From Thermoplasmatota archaeon (lineage in GTDB: Archaea; Thermoplasmatota; E2; JACPAO01; JAHFTW01), in contig JBFIHX010000002.1 in NCBI GenBank assembly GCA_041601615.1, forward strand, positions 64,001 to 128,000: a DNA stretch of 64,000 bases. The letters run 5' to 3'. Position 1 is the first letter of the stretch, and each line of letters begins with the position of its first letter. Below, one piece after another: positions 1-9,939 of the stretch. The position numbers were made by a program, and so were the translations under genes. The notes beneath the pieces were generated by a model, which was not told where the DNA came from, searched no databases, and worked only from the letters and a program-made list of their open reading frames with translations.

Positions 1-1
1 C

Positions 2-829
2 GTACCCGGCCTTGCCAAAACCATGCTTGTCAAGACCCTCGCCCGCGTCACGGGCCTCGACTTCCATCGCATCCAATTCACGCCCGACTTGTTGCCCGCC
101 GACATCAGCGGCTCGTACATCTACAACATGAAGCAGCAGACCTTCGAATTGCGCAAAGGCCCGGTGTTTAGCCAAATCGTCCTCGCCGACGAACTGAACC
201 GCGCCCCGCCCAAAACCCAGAGCGCCCTTCTAGAAGCAATGCAGGAAAAGCAAGTCACCCTCGAAGGCACCACGCACCAACTACCCAAACCGTTCTTCGT
301 GTACGCCACCCAGAACCCCATCGAGTCCGAAGGCGTCTACGCCCTGCCCGAGGCGGAACTGGATCGGTTCCTGCTTCGCATCAGCATGGGCTACCCGAAC
401 GAAGACGAAGAAATCGAAGTCTTGGAACGCATCGAGTCGTGGGACGGCGCCGATCCCAAAGTCAAACCCGTCACCACGCCCGCCAAACTCGTCGAAGTCC
501 AAAAGGCGACCCGCAGCGTGTTCATCCACCCCGACTTGAAGCGCTACATCGTCCAACTCGTGCACGCCACCCGCCGTGACGACCGCGTCCAAGTCGGCAG
601 CAGCCCACGCGGCAGCATCGCACTCATGGCGCTTGCCAAAGCCGCCGCCATCAGCGACGGACGCGCCTTTGCCACCGACGACGACGTCAAAGAAATCGCC
701 GTGCCCGCCCTCGCCCACCGCATCGTTTTGCGCCCCGAAGCGGCCGCCCGTGGAGCTACCGCCGAAGAAGTCATCGCCACGGCACTCGCCACCGTCCCGA
801 CCCCGCACATCCCGCAGGTCGTGGAGTAG
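2..829 (+). CDS. MoxR-family AAA+ ATPase (5' end outside window)
   Basis: Walker A remnant VPGLAKT at window start; RIQFTPDLLPADI, LADELNRAPPKTQSALLEAMQE and ATQNPIE motifs. Confidence 0.95.
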   Translation, partial: VPGLAKTMLVKTLARVTGLDFHRIQFTPDLLPADISGSYIYNMKQQTFELRKGPVFSQIVLADELNRAPPKTQSALLEAMQEKQVTLEGTTHQLPKPFFVYATQNPIESEGVYALPEAELDRFLLRISMGYPNEDEEIEVLERIESWDGADPKVKPVTTPAKLVEVQKATRSVFIHPDLKRYIVQLVHATRRDDRVQVGSSPRGSIALMALAKAAAISDGRAFATDDDVKEIAVPALAHRIVLRPEAAARGATAEEVIATALATVPTPHIPQVVE

Positions 830-849
830 GCAGGAGTCCCGGAGCATCC

Positions 850-2151
850 ATGAGCGGCCTCGTCGCCACCCGGCGCGTCTTGCACTTTCTGCTACTGACC
901 GGCACCGCCGGCGGATTTGCAGTGCTGAGCGAAAGCTGGGTGCCGGCGACCGTAATCCTGCCCTTGATGGGTGCTCTCGTCGTAGCGCTGTTCGAAGTCC
1001 TCCTACCCCTGCCCAAATGGGCCCGCCGCGAAGTCGGAACCGGCGTCATGTTGCGCGAAGACGAACTGGAAGTGACGGTACGCATGGGCTTCTGCGTCAT
1101 GCCCTACAACCTCACCATCCGCGAACGGTTCCCCGAAGGCATCGAACTCAAAGACCACAGCCAAGAGCCAATTCGGATCATGCAGCACCGCGTCAAGGGC
1201 CGCAAAAACCACACCATCGAAGGCAAGTACTTCCTTCATGCCCGCCGCCGCGGCGACTGGGACCTCGGCCCCTGCCGCGTCGTGCGCACCTCGATGCTCG
1301 GCCTGTTTGAACGCGCCGTGGACCTGCCCACCAGCACCCAAACCACGGTCATGCCAGTGACGGCCAAACAGCGCAACATGAAGCTCGCACCCAAGCCCTT
1401 GACGCCCGAAGGCATTCCCAGCCGCAGCGGCCGGCGCGGCCCCGGAGACACGTTCTACGCCCTGCGCGAATACCAACCCGGCGACAACATGAGCGACGTG
1501 AATTGGAAGGCCACCGCACGCATGGGCAAGCCGATCACCAACGAGTACCTACCCGACGAACCGGCGCGCTACCTCCTGTACATCGACACCCGCAGCTTCG
1601 GCGCCGAGGTCGGAAAAGTGGACGTCTTCGAGCGCACCCTGGAACTTGGAGCCGTCTTGATGGAGGGGCTGTACAGCGCCCACGCCCACGTCGGACTCGT
1701 ACTCCTTTCCCAACGCGCCCAATTCAAAGTCCCCGCCGCAGGAGCCGTCCACATGCAAAAGACACGGCGCATGATTCTCTCGGCAATTCCCGGCGAAGAA
1801 GCCCCCCTGCTGCAACTCGTCGAAGGCGGAGCCCCGCACCTGCCGCGACGAACAAGCGCCATCCTCGTCACGCCGAATCTGTACGAACCGACCCTGCAAG
1901 CGACCCTTATGTTCCTTCGCGCCCACCACGGCAACGTTCTGCTGCTCGTCCCCGCATTCCCTGAACCCGAAGCAGACCACGAATCAGCCGAACGCGCCGC
2001 CGGCGCCCTTCTAAACGCCGACCAAGCCGCCGTCATGGCCGACTTGAGAAACTACGTGGATGGTGCTGCGCAATGGCCCCCCGGCCAAAGCATCGTGATG
2101 ACCCTCGCCAAACTCGGCCTCATTGGCCGCATGCGCTCCGGAGGCCCGTAG
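850..2151 (+). CDS. DUF58-family protein (MoxR partner)
   Basis: LREYQPGD...VNWKATAR motif; N-terminal TM segments; follows MoxR. Confidence 0.9.
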   Translation: MSGLVATRRVLHFLLLTGTAGGFAVLSESWVPATVILPLMGALVVALFEVLLPLPKWARREVGTGVMLREDELEVTVRMGFCVMPYNLTIRERFPEGIELKDHSQEPIRIMQHRVKGRKNHTIEGKYFLHARRRGDWDLGPCRVVRTSMLGLFERAVDLPTSTQTTVMPVTAKQRNMKLAPKPLTPEGIPSRSGRRGPGDTFYALREYQPGDNMSDVNWKATARMGKPITNEYLPDEPARYLLYIDTRSFGAEVGKVDVFERTLELGAVLMEGLYSAHAHVGLVLLSQRAQFKVPAAGAVHMQKTRRMILSAIPGEEAPLLQLVEGGAPHLPRRTSAILVTPNLYEPTLQATLMFLRAHHGNVLLLVPAFPEPEADHESAERAAGALLNADQAAVMADLRNYVDGAAQWPPGQSIVMTLAKLGLIGRMRSGGP

Positions 2152-2173
2152 CGTGTCCATTTGGCCAAGCCAC

Positions 2174-3031
2174 ATGAGTGGACGCATCCCAAGCTTCCTG
2201 ATGTGGGCCGCCGGCCTCGGATTTGCCGGCCTCGGAGACGCCAACGACCTTGTCTACATCCCCGCTGCCGCCTGGCTCGGCGCCGCCCTCGCCCTCCTGA
2301 TGTACGTTCTCTGGGGCGAGCGCACAAGACCCAAACCCAACGGCTTCTGGATTCTGCTCGGCATCGTCTGGACCGCAGGATTCCTCGTTCCCTTCCAACC
2401 CATGCACGGACTCGTTGCCGGCACCGCCGTCGCCCTGCTGTGGCTGCACGACGCCCCCGGCTCCCCCAGCGCCATGCTCAGCTGGGGCCTCTTCGTACTC
2501 ATCTGGCAAGGCGACCCGAGCGTATGGCGCGATGCGGGCATGGACCAAGCGTTCTACGTCGCCATCGGCATGACCCTCGTGGTCTTCGGCGCCCAACTCG
2601 AACGCGAACGCCTCGCAAGGCGCCGCTACGCCCGCATCGGCTACACCTGGAACACCGTCCGCATCAGCATCGTCGCCATCATCACGCTCGTGCTGCTGGC
2701 CGGCCGCGAAACCCTCGGCGCCGCGAGCCTGTTTTCCGCCCTCGGCATCGACATCAGCGGCATCGGCGGCAAAGTCGCCATGATTGGAGTCCTGCTCGCG
2801 AGCCTCGGCGTCGCAGCGGCATTGTTCCGCGTGCGACCCACCAAGGTACGCGTCAAGGCCGTGCCCGTTCGCCAAAGTTTCGACGACAAAACGCCGACGC
2901 GAGCAGCCGTTGCACCAGCAAACGCAGCCGTGGCAAAGAAAGTCGCGCAAGTCACAGGGGAAAAGCCCGTGAAGAGGGAAAAGGCGGCGCCCGAAGGGCC
3001 GTTGCAGCCGGGGGAGATTGACTTTGACTAG
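2174..3031 (+). CDS. multi-pass membrane protein, third gene of MoxR operon
   Basis: about 8 hydrophobic segments; co-directional and close to DUF58 gene; start uncertain. Confidence 0.7.
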   Translation: MSGRIPSFLMWAAGLGFAGLGDANDLVYIPAAAWLGAALALLMYVLWGERTRPKPNGFWILLGIVWTAGFLVPFQPMHGLVAGTAVALLWLHDAPGSPSAMLSWGLFVLIWQGDPSVWRDAGMDQAFYVAIGMTLVVFGAQLERERLARRRYARIGYTWNTVRISIVAIITLVLLAGRETLGAASLFSALGIDISGIGGKVAMIGVLLASLGVAAALFRVRPTKVRVKAVPVRQSFDDKTPTRAAVAPANAAVAKKVAQVTGEKPVKREKAAPEGPLQPGEIDFD

Positions 3032-3080
3032 CCCTTAGGCACCGGGGCGAAGATATTGTGCATCTGCCGGGGCGAGCGCA

Positions 3081-3710
3081 TCAAGCGAGTCGAGCTGTGC
3101 AGCCATCGGGCCCCCAGCTTGCTTCGTAGTTTGCATGAGACATCGTCAAAGTCGGGGGCACCTGGAGGGCAGTTGTGGCAGCAAGGGCGCCACTGAGCGG
3201 CAACCCTAGGCCTTCTGAGATTGCCCAGAGTGTGCCCTCTGCATCGACGCCAACGGGTCCAGAAATGGTTCGTTGGGCATCGAAGGGAGTGGCGAGGCAC
3301 CCAACAGCAGCGGAATCAAGGTCAATCGGAGGAAGATCGACCAAGTCGTAGGGGTCGAATTCGCATGCAGCGGCCACCGAGCCGAGCCGGTTGATTGCCT
3401 TCGCCGCAGCCCAGGTGGCCTGGACGTACAAGCCCCGGTAATGGGCCACTTCGTGCCGTTGGGTAATCAAGATTGAGAAATCCTGATGGGTTGTGGATCC
3501 TCCGAACCCCTGCCCGTCCGCATCGACGGCTACGTAAGGGATGTAAATGACTGGGAAAACGAAGACGGCGTTTGCTCTTGCCTCGGCCGTAGATTCGGTT
3601 GCGCCACAGATCACCTCAGCGGAGGTTCCAACGCCTTGGGATGCTTGGGCCGTGGGCATTACCAGGGGAAGCATGAGCAGTACTATTATTAGTGAAGTGA
3701 GGGGTTTCAT
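3081..3710 (-). CDS. secreted hypothetical protein
   Basis: signal peptide MKPLTSLIIVLLMLPLVMPTAQA; AT-rich upstream region. Confidence 0.65.
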   Translation of the reverse strand: MKPLTSLIIVLLMLPLVMPTAQASQGVGTSAEVICGATESTAEARANAVFVFPVIYIPYVAVDADGQGFGGSTTHQDFSILITQRHEVAHYRGLYVQATWAAAKAINRLGSVAAACEFDPYDLVDLPPIDLDSAAVGCLATPFDAQRTISGPVGVDAEGTLWAISEGLGLPLSGALAATTALQVPPTLTMSHANYEASWGPDGCTARLA

Positions 3711-4019
3711 ATTCTTATCCTGGCTCGATGAGCCATGCAAGCCATGTAATTGAGCTTCTATTACCGTATGCGTTGCTATGTTCCCCGACATAAAGCATCT
3801 AATTATTGATATAAATTATTCCTTTTTTGGTTCAGGTGCTGGGGCGCATCACGCAGTACGCCGCCAAGATTGCGCAAGAACTCCTAGAGCTTGGGCCCAA
3901 CCGAAGAGCCGTGGGCATGCGGGAGAATTCCAAGGAGTGTGCACGCCAGCCCAAGCTGCATTTCTCAGCCGGCCTCAAGTCCAACCGATGAAATCGAGAA
4001 TGGTCCACCATCGCATGGA

Positions 4020-4532
4020 TTACAACGGCCCCAACCGCGTCAATCGCAGCCCCGCCACGACAAGCCAGGGCCCCGCGAGGCCCACGGTGGCCGCCACTGC
4101 AAACAAGGGAATGAACAGAACTCCATCGAAACCCTGCACGGCCGACCACGCAGCCACCGGAAGGCCTGCAATGCCAAGCGGGAACAAAATCAGGCCTAGG
4201 GCCTTGGCGGGTTGACGCACCCAGGCTTCTCCCATCAGGAGTGCACGATACAGCCGAGCCGGGACCCACGCCAGCGCCAAAAACAACGCGCCGGCCACGA
4301 TGGCGCCCAGGATTGCAAACCAAATTGCTTCCAGAATATCGTTGGAGCTTCCCCATGCAGTGAGGAGGATGATGATCCCGGCGCACCAAATTCCAAGCAA
4401 AACTGCCAGGACAGACGCCAAGACCCACGCGATGCTGCGCATGGATCGAGCCGCCGGCCGCCACTCCAGAGGCGCAATTTCTGGAGGAAGGCGTAATCGG
4501 CGCAAAGGCCCCCAAACCCAGCGCACGCTCAT
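4020..4532 (-). CDS. hypothetical 4-TM membrane protein
   Basis: four hydrophobic stretches. Confidence 0.6.
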   Translation of the reverse strand: MSVRWVWGPLRRLRLPPEIAPLEWRPAARSMRSIAWVLASVLAVLLGIWCAGIIILLTAWGSSNDILEAIWFAILGAIVAGALFLALAWVPARLYRALLMGEAWVRQPAKALGLILFPLGIAGLPVAAWSAVQGFDGVLFIPLFAVAATVGLAGPWLVVAGLRLTRLGPL

Positions 4533-4663
4533 GACCTACAAGCCCCCATCCAGTTCAAGAAACATAGGGTTGGTTTGATGCAACGTTCATTGCCTGGAAC
4601 CATGCCTCAAATTGGCAAGTGAAAAAGAGGGGAGAAGGCTAGTTCGCTGCAAAGTTGGAGGGC

Positions 4664-5347
4664 TCAGACCTCAATTTGGATGTCGCAGACGCCCGGTGCA
4701 AAGTTGGCTTCCACCTGGACGTTGCTTACTTCGAACTCGCTCAAGTTGGCGACCGTCTTCAGAACGGCCGTGCCGTAATCGATGCTCGTGGGAAGGACAA
4801 CGTCCTGGCCGTCGCGCTGGCCTATGAGGACCGTGTTGCCGAGTTTGTCGGTGGCAATGGCGCCCTTGAAGTTGCTGATGCCGGAATCGTTCTTGGCTTC
4901 ACAGACGACGCCAACGCCGTCGACCGGGAACACAATGCCGCCGCCGTGGGTGTGGGAGCCAGGGTAGGTGCAGTTGGCCCAGTAGAACGAGGAACCCGAT
5001 TGGGCGCTGGCGCTTGCCTGCTTGGGGCCTTCGCCGTCGTAGGAGCTCGACGCGGTGACGGTGTGCTGGCCCTTGTGGTAGTAGTTGTTCTGTCCGGCGC
5101 CCATTTGGCCGTAGGTGTAAGCACTGGCAGAGTATCCGGCAGGGTGGTCGGCGGCGTACCCGGCAGAGCGGGCCCCAAATTCGCCGCATGCAGTGAATGC
5201 AGAGACGAGGATTTCCAAGTGGTCGTCGTCAGGGTACACCACAACGGATCCACCTACGCCCCAGTGCAAAGCAGAGACGGCAGGCACAAGGAGCAGGAAC
5301 GCTGCAAACATCGTGATGGAGATTTTTCCAGGAGTCTTGTTGGTCAT
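4664..5347 (-). CDS. secreted hypothetical protein
   Basis: signal peptide ...MFAAFLLLVPAVSA; Gly/Ser/Tyr-rich body with four Cys. Confidence 0.65.
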   Translation of the reverse strand: MTNKTPGKISITMFAAFLLLVPAVSALHWGVGGSVVVYPDDDHLEILVSAFTACGEFGARSAGYAADHPAGYSASAYTYGQMGAGQNNYYHKGQHTVTASSSYDGEGPKQASASAQSGSSFYWANCTYPGSHTHGGGIVFPVDGVGVVCEAKNDSGISNFKGAIATDKLGNTVLIGQRDGQDVVLPTSIDYGTAVLKTVANLSEFEVSNVQVEANFAPGVCDIQIEV

Positions 5348-5505
5348 AGGAACCAATTTTCGCAGGCTGCGTGGGGAGTTTGACAGTATGCGTTTCGTCG
5401 TTCCCCTGGGAATAAAACAACCAAAGTTGGGCGGCATTGATTCCATGTTCTTGCACCGATTGCAAGCGCGACACCCTCAAATCCTCCTACCCGCAAGCCC
5501 CCTTC

Positions 5506-6363
5506 GTGGCCAAGGTCAAAATCGGCATCGTCCAAACCCACGCCGACGACACCCGGGAGGCAAACTTGGAGCGAACGCTCCGGCTCATCGACGAGGCCGC
5601 CGCCGCCGGCGCCAACATCGTGTGCCTGCAAGAGCTGTTTCTAGGCCCGTACTTTTGTCAGGAAGAAGACCACGCCGAATTCGACCGCGCCGAAGCGGTA
5701 CCGGGTCCCACCACAGACTTACTTGCCAAGAAAGCAGCAGAGCACGAGATCGTCATCCTTGTGAGTCTGTTTGAGAAGCGCGCCAAGGGCCTCTACCACA
5801 ACACGCTGGCGGTGCTCGACGCCGACGGCACTTACTTGGGCAAGTACCGCAAAATGCACATCCCGGACGACCCTCGGTTCTACGAGAAATTCTACTTCGC
5901 CCCCGGCGACCTCGGATTCAAGGCCTGGGACACGCGCTACGGCCGCATCGGCACCCTCGTGTGCTGGGACCAATGGTACCCCGAAGCCGCCCGCATCACC
6001 GCCCTGCAAGGCGCAGACATTCTGTTCTACCCCACCGCCATCGGCACCTGGCAAGGCGAAATGGAGGTCAAGGAGGAGCAACTGCGTGCCTGGCAAGCAG
6101 TCCAACGCGGCCACGCCGTCGCCAACAACGTCTACACCGTCGCCGTCAACCGCGTAGGCACCGAGGAGGAGCTGAATTTCTGGGGCCACAGCTTCGTTTT
6201 TGGACCGGCTGGCGAAACCGTCACGGAACTCGGAGAGGCCGAAGAAGTGCGCGTGGTCGAAGTGGATCTAGACCGCATCGAGACCGTGCGCCGCGGCTGG
6301 CCGTTCTTCAGAGACCGCCGCGTGGACGCCTACGAGGACCTCGGGCGACGTTTCGTCGACTAA
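5506..6363 (+). CDS. aguB: N-carbamoylputrescine amidohydrolase (carbon-nitrogen hydrolase)
   Basis: CLQELF, YRKMHIPDDP-FYEKFYF and VCWDQWYPE (E-K-C triad); RRGWPFFRDRR; GTG start inferred. Confidence 0.9.
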   Translation: MAKVKIGIVQTHADDTREANLERTLRLIDEAAAAGANIVCLQELFLGPYFCQEEDHAEFDRAEAVPGPTTDLLAKKAAEHEIVILVSLFEKRAKGLYHNTLAVLDADGTYLGKYRKMHIPDDPRFYEKFYFAPGDLGFKAWDTRYGRIGTLVCWDQWYPEAARITALQGADILFYPTAIGTWQGEMEVKEEQLRAWQAVQRGHAVANNVYTVAVNRVGTEEELNFWGHSFVFGPAGETVTELGEAEEVRVVEVDLDRIETVRRGWPFFRDRRVDAYEDLGRRFVD

Positions 6364-6422
6364 GGCGAACATTTCTCTGGGCGACCACAACCTTCATGGG
6401 CTTTTGCCGCAAGTGCCCCAGC

Positions 6423-7436
6423 GTGCGCCTGGCTTTGCTGCTCTTGACGTTGACTCTTCTCTTGCCAGGAGCCGCCGCAACGCCGACCGAAGAGCCCGAA
6501 TTTCAGCCACTGACAATGTATCCTCAATACACCAGCATCCTCGGCCGAATCACCCGCGACCCCACACCGGACCCGTGGGTTTGGACAGACGACTCGGTGT
6601 GCCTCGACGAAGATGAGGTCCAATTTTCCATCTCCAGTGGCCGGCCCGTGCTGGAGAATGGCGAACTTATCGTCGAGGGCACCCTTGGCATGGATGGGCG
6701 AATCCAAATTGCAGCCGCAAGCACCCTGTCCTGGGTGGTGCAAGTACCCACGCTCCTACCTGTGCCCTCCGTGATCGTAACTGCCAGCGTGGAGCTGGTG
6801 CAAGGCGAGATCTTGCTTCAGGGCCAGCACGAAGCAACCTTGGCTCCCGACGCCCCAACCTACGAGGCAACCAATGGAGCATTCGACATCCATCGCATCG
6901 ACATCCACTTGCAGGGCGAGGGTGACTACACCCAACTCGAACGTTCCACACTTGTCAACGTACGCATCGAATCCCCGGCCTGCCTGGCGAGGCACCACAG
7001 CAGCCCTGACCACCGACCCCAGTGGGACCTCGAAGCCGGCTCCCCATTGCAAGCAAGATCCCCCGTCTACGACGGCGAGACATTTGCCGCTTGGGTCGGC
7101 AGCGCCTGGGGCCCCGACGACCTTCGCATCGGAGACCTGCAAGTCAAGTGGCAAAGCGCCCAAGCCAACTACACACTCAGCCAGATCGACGGGGAGGCCA
7201 TTTGCCATTGCGAGAACGACTCCTACCAATTCTGGGTGACATGGGCCGGGCCCGACCCGGGCGACGCCTGGAGCGCCACCGCAGAAGTGGGAAGCCACGC
7301 GCACACCGGAACCCGAACCCTGTTTGCTGCCCACGGCGCAATTTCACCCACCCAAACCACGCCCGCCGGCAGCACCGGAACCACCCTCCTCCTGCTCGGC
7401 GTCCTTGTCATGGCCGCATCGTGGCGCCGACACTAA
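6423..7436 (+). CDS. secreted protein with C-terminal membrane anchor
   Basis: signal peptide VRLALLLLTLTLLLPGAAA; ends TPAG-TM-RRH. Confidence 0.7.
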   Translation: MRLALLLLTLTLLLPGAAATPTEEPEFQPLTMYPQYTSILGRITRDPTPDPWVWTDDSVCLDEDEVQFSISSGRPVLENGELIVEGTLGMDGRIQIAAASTLSWVVQVPTLLPVPSVIVTASVELVQGEILLQGQHEATLAPDAPTYEATNGAFDIHRIDIHLQGEGDYTQLERSTLVNVRIESPACLARHHSSPDHRPQWDLEAGSPLQARSPVYDGETFAAWVGSAWGPDDLRIGDLQVKWQSAQANYTLSQIDGEAICHCENDSYQFWVTWAGPDPGDAWSATAEVGSHAHTGTRTLFAAHGAISPTQTTPAGSTGTTLLLLGVLVMAASWRRH

Positions 7437-7617
7437 ACGGCCCCCCCACGGCTAGCTTCGCCGCTTGCCCAAGAACATTTCTTCGTCGCGCCGCACAGGT
7501 TCATAAACCAACTCGGCAGGTAATCAACACGACCCGGGCCGGCCCTGGAAGCCACACCACCACACCGAGGCATTTCGAGGACCACCCCACCGGCTCGGGT
7601 CCTCAACTTCTAAGGCG

Positions 7618-7941
7618 CTATTTGGACGGCAATCCCGCCGTGAACGCCAATGCCCGTTGTGTCCACTCGCGCAATTGGTCGTCGTCCGCGATGCCTTCAG
7701 GCAGAACATACATCATGCTCGGCATGGGCCGTCCCGTGAAGTCCATATTCGCCGTCTCCGGCTCTTTGCGGTATTCGGCCACCAACTCCTTCGACAGACG
7801 CAGCATCATCTTGTCACCGACGATGCCGCAAGCCATATTGCCCCGGTCCAAAAAACAGAGGCCGCCGAACATTTTCTTCTCGGTCACGTGCGCGGGCATT
7901 GCGTCGCGCATCCGATCGGCGAGCCCCGAATCAAAGGCCAT
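7618..7941 (-). CDS. TfoX N-terminal domain protein
   Basis: TEKKMFGGLCFL..GNMACGI; MDFTGRPM; LREW..RA. Confidence 0.9.
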   Translation of the reverse strand: MAFDSGLADRMRDAMPAHVTEKKMFGGLCFLDRGNMACGIVGDKMMLRLSKELVAEYRKEPETANMDFTGRPMPSMMYVLPEGIADDDQLREWTQRALAFTAGLPSK

Positions 7942-7962
7942 GCAAACGGATGGGCGCCCTGA

Positions 7963-8283
7963 TTATTTGGGCGGGAGGGTCCGTGCGTACGCAAGTGCAC
8001 GATCCATCCACGCTTCGAGCGCGCGGTCTTCCGCCACGTCCTCTTGATCCACCAGGAACCAACCCGCCATTGGCTTGCCCTTGCCCATCGGATCAAACGG
8101 CACCACTCCTTCCGTGACCGCGTCCGCATCGGGCCCGAGGCGAACCAGCAAAGCATCCTTGGAAACGCCGAACGCCATGTTGCCTTCAGAGAGCCAACAA
8201 CGAGCGCCAAATACGTTCTTCTCGCGGGCACCGCCGGGGGCCAAATCACGAAGGCGCGATGCAAGGACCTCGTCGTAGGCCAT
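7963..8283 (-). CDS. TfoX N-terminal domain protein (paralog)
   Basis: MAYDEVLA.R; EKNVFG; GNMAFGV; KPMAGWFLV. Confidence 0.88.
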   Translation of the reverse strand: MAYDEVLASRLRDLAPGGAREKNVFGARCWLSEGNMAFGVSKDALLVRLGPDADAVTEGVVPFDPMGKGKPMAGWFLVDQEDVAEDRALEAWMDRALAYARTLPPK

Positions 8284-8375
8284 ACCCCATGAGTCCATTG
8301 GTCGCACTTGTTCCTGCCGGACCGGACCGGCGGACCTGGGACAATCCTTTCAGCCTCGACCAGCGACTGGCAACC

Positions 8376-8909
8376 ATGGAACAAGCGACCCTCGGCGGAG
8401 GCTGCTTCTGGTGCGTCGAAGCAGCTCTTCTGCAACTCAAAGGTGTAGCAAGCGTCGTAAGTGGCTACGCAGGCGGCCCCTCCCCTTCCCCGACCTACGA
8501 ACAAGTATGCTCCGGCCGCAGCGGGCACGCAGAAGTGACTCAGGTCACCTTCGACCCCGCCATCATCACATTCGCCGAGTTGCTGGAGGTGTTTTTCACC
8601 ATCCACGACCCCACGACCAAAGACCGCCAAGGCGCCGACGTCGGGAGCCAATACCGCAGCATCATCCTTGCCCACGACGACGAGCAAATGGAGGCCGCCG
8701 GCCGCGTCGCAGCGGAAGTCCAAGCCTACTACGACGCGCCCATCGTCACTGAAATCGTTCGACTTGAGAAGTTCTGGCCCGGCGAAGCGCACCACCAAAA
8801 CTACTACGCCCGCAACCCCAACCAAGGGTACTGCGCCGCCGTGATTGCCCCGAAGCTCGCCAAGTTGCGACAGAAATGGGCGCACCGGCTCAAAGCCCCG
8901 GCAGCCTGA
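8376..8909 (+). CDS. msrA: peptide-methionine (S)-S-oxide reductase
   Basis: GGGCFWC; SGYAGG; HDPT; RQGADVGSQYRS; HQNYY. Confidence 0.97.
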   Translation: MEQATLGGGCFWCVEAALLQLKGVASVVSGYAGGPSPSPTYEQVCSGRSGHAEVTQVTFDPAIITFAELLEVFFTIHDPTTKDRQGADVGSQYRSIILAHDDEQMEAAGRVAAEVQAYYDAPIVTEIVRLEKFWPGEAHHQNYYARNPNQGYCAAVIAPKLAKLRQKWAHRLKAPAA

Positions 8910-8934
8910 AGTTCCAAACCCATTCGACGAACCC

Positions 8935-9924
8935 GTGCCCTGGCGCCTGCCCGCAGAATGGGAACCACAGTCTACCGTCCTCTTCGTCTGGCCCCGCGAC
9001 CCCTTGACTTGGCCCGACCGCCTGCCCGAGGCCCGCGCCGCCTACGCAAGCGCCATTCGGGCCGTCGCAGCCCACCAAGACGTGGACCTCGTCGTCCATC
9101 CCGACTTGCTGGCCGATGCCAAGGCGGCACTCGCGGGCGTCGAGCGCGTCCGATTCTGGCCCACAGTGCACCAGGACAGTTGGGTGCGCGACTACGGACC
9201 CCTCACCCTCGTGGACGACCAAGACGGCCGACGCTTGCTGAAGTTCGAATTCGACGCCTGGGGCGGAAAATACGAGAGCCTTCTTGCTGACGACGCCGTA
9301 GTAGGACGTCTCGTGGACGCCGGATGTCTCTCCAAGCCCGAATTCGTGCCGTTCGTGCTTGAAGGCGGCGCCGTCGAAACCGATGGCCAAGGCACGTTCC
9401 TTGCCACCGAATCCGTGTGCGAAGGGCGCGGACAGACCCTAGCCGAGCACGAAGCGGCCCTGCGTGCGCACCTTGGTGCAAAGCACGTCATATGGCTCGG
9501 AGAGGGCATTGAGGGCGACGACACAGACGGCCACATCGACACCCTCACCCGGTTCGTTCGGCCCGGCACCGTCGTGACCACCGTTGCGCCCGAAGGACAC
9601 CCGGATTACGATGCGCTGGCTGAAAATCGAAGGCGACTCGCTGCGGCAGTGGACGCATCGGGACAACCCTTGGAGGTCGTGGAATTGCCCATGCCGCCCG
9701 CACAGAGCACGGACGACGGCGAGCCATTGCCCGCAGGCCATGCCAATTTCCTGATCACCAACGGCTGCGTGCTCGTGCCAGGCTTTGGCGGTCCTTCGGA
9801 TGCCGTCGCCGCCGAGATGCTAGAGCGGCTCGTGGGCCGGCCGGCGGTTTTGGTGGACCACCGATCCCTCATCTGGGGCTTTGGCGGAATCCACTGTCTT
9901 TCGATGCAGCTACCCAAGGCCTAG
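8935..9924 (+). CDS. aguA: agmatine deiminase
   Basis: PAEWEPQ; WVRDYGP; LEGGAVETDG; DDTDGHID; GGIHCLS; start uncertain. Confidence 0.92.
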   Translation: MPWRLPAEWEPQSTVLFVWPRDPLTWPDRLPEARAAYASAIRAVAAHQDVDLVVHPDLLADAKAALAGVERVRFWPTVHQDSWVRDYGPLTLVDDQDGRRLLKFEFDAWGGKYESLLADDAVVGRLVDAGCLSKPEFVPFVLEGGAVETDGQGTFLATESVCEGRGQTLAEHEAALRAHLGAKHVIWLGEGIEGDDTDGHIDTLTRFVRPGTVVTTVAPEGHPDYDALAENRRRLAAAVDASGQPLEVVELPMPPAQSTDDGEPLPAGHANFLITNGCVLVPGFGGPSDAVAAEMLERLVGRPAVLVDHRSLIWGFGGIHCLSMQLPKA

Positions 9925-9939
9925 AGGCCAGGGACTGAT

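Noticed and set aside
7618-8283. Natural competence regulon inferred from TfoX
   Set aside because: Only N-terminal domains are present and no competence genes are nearby
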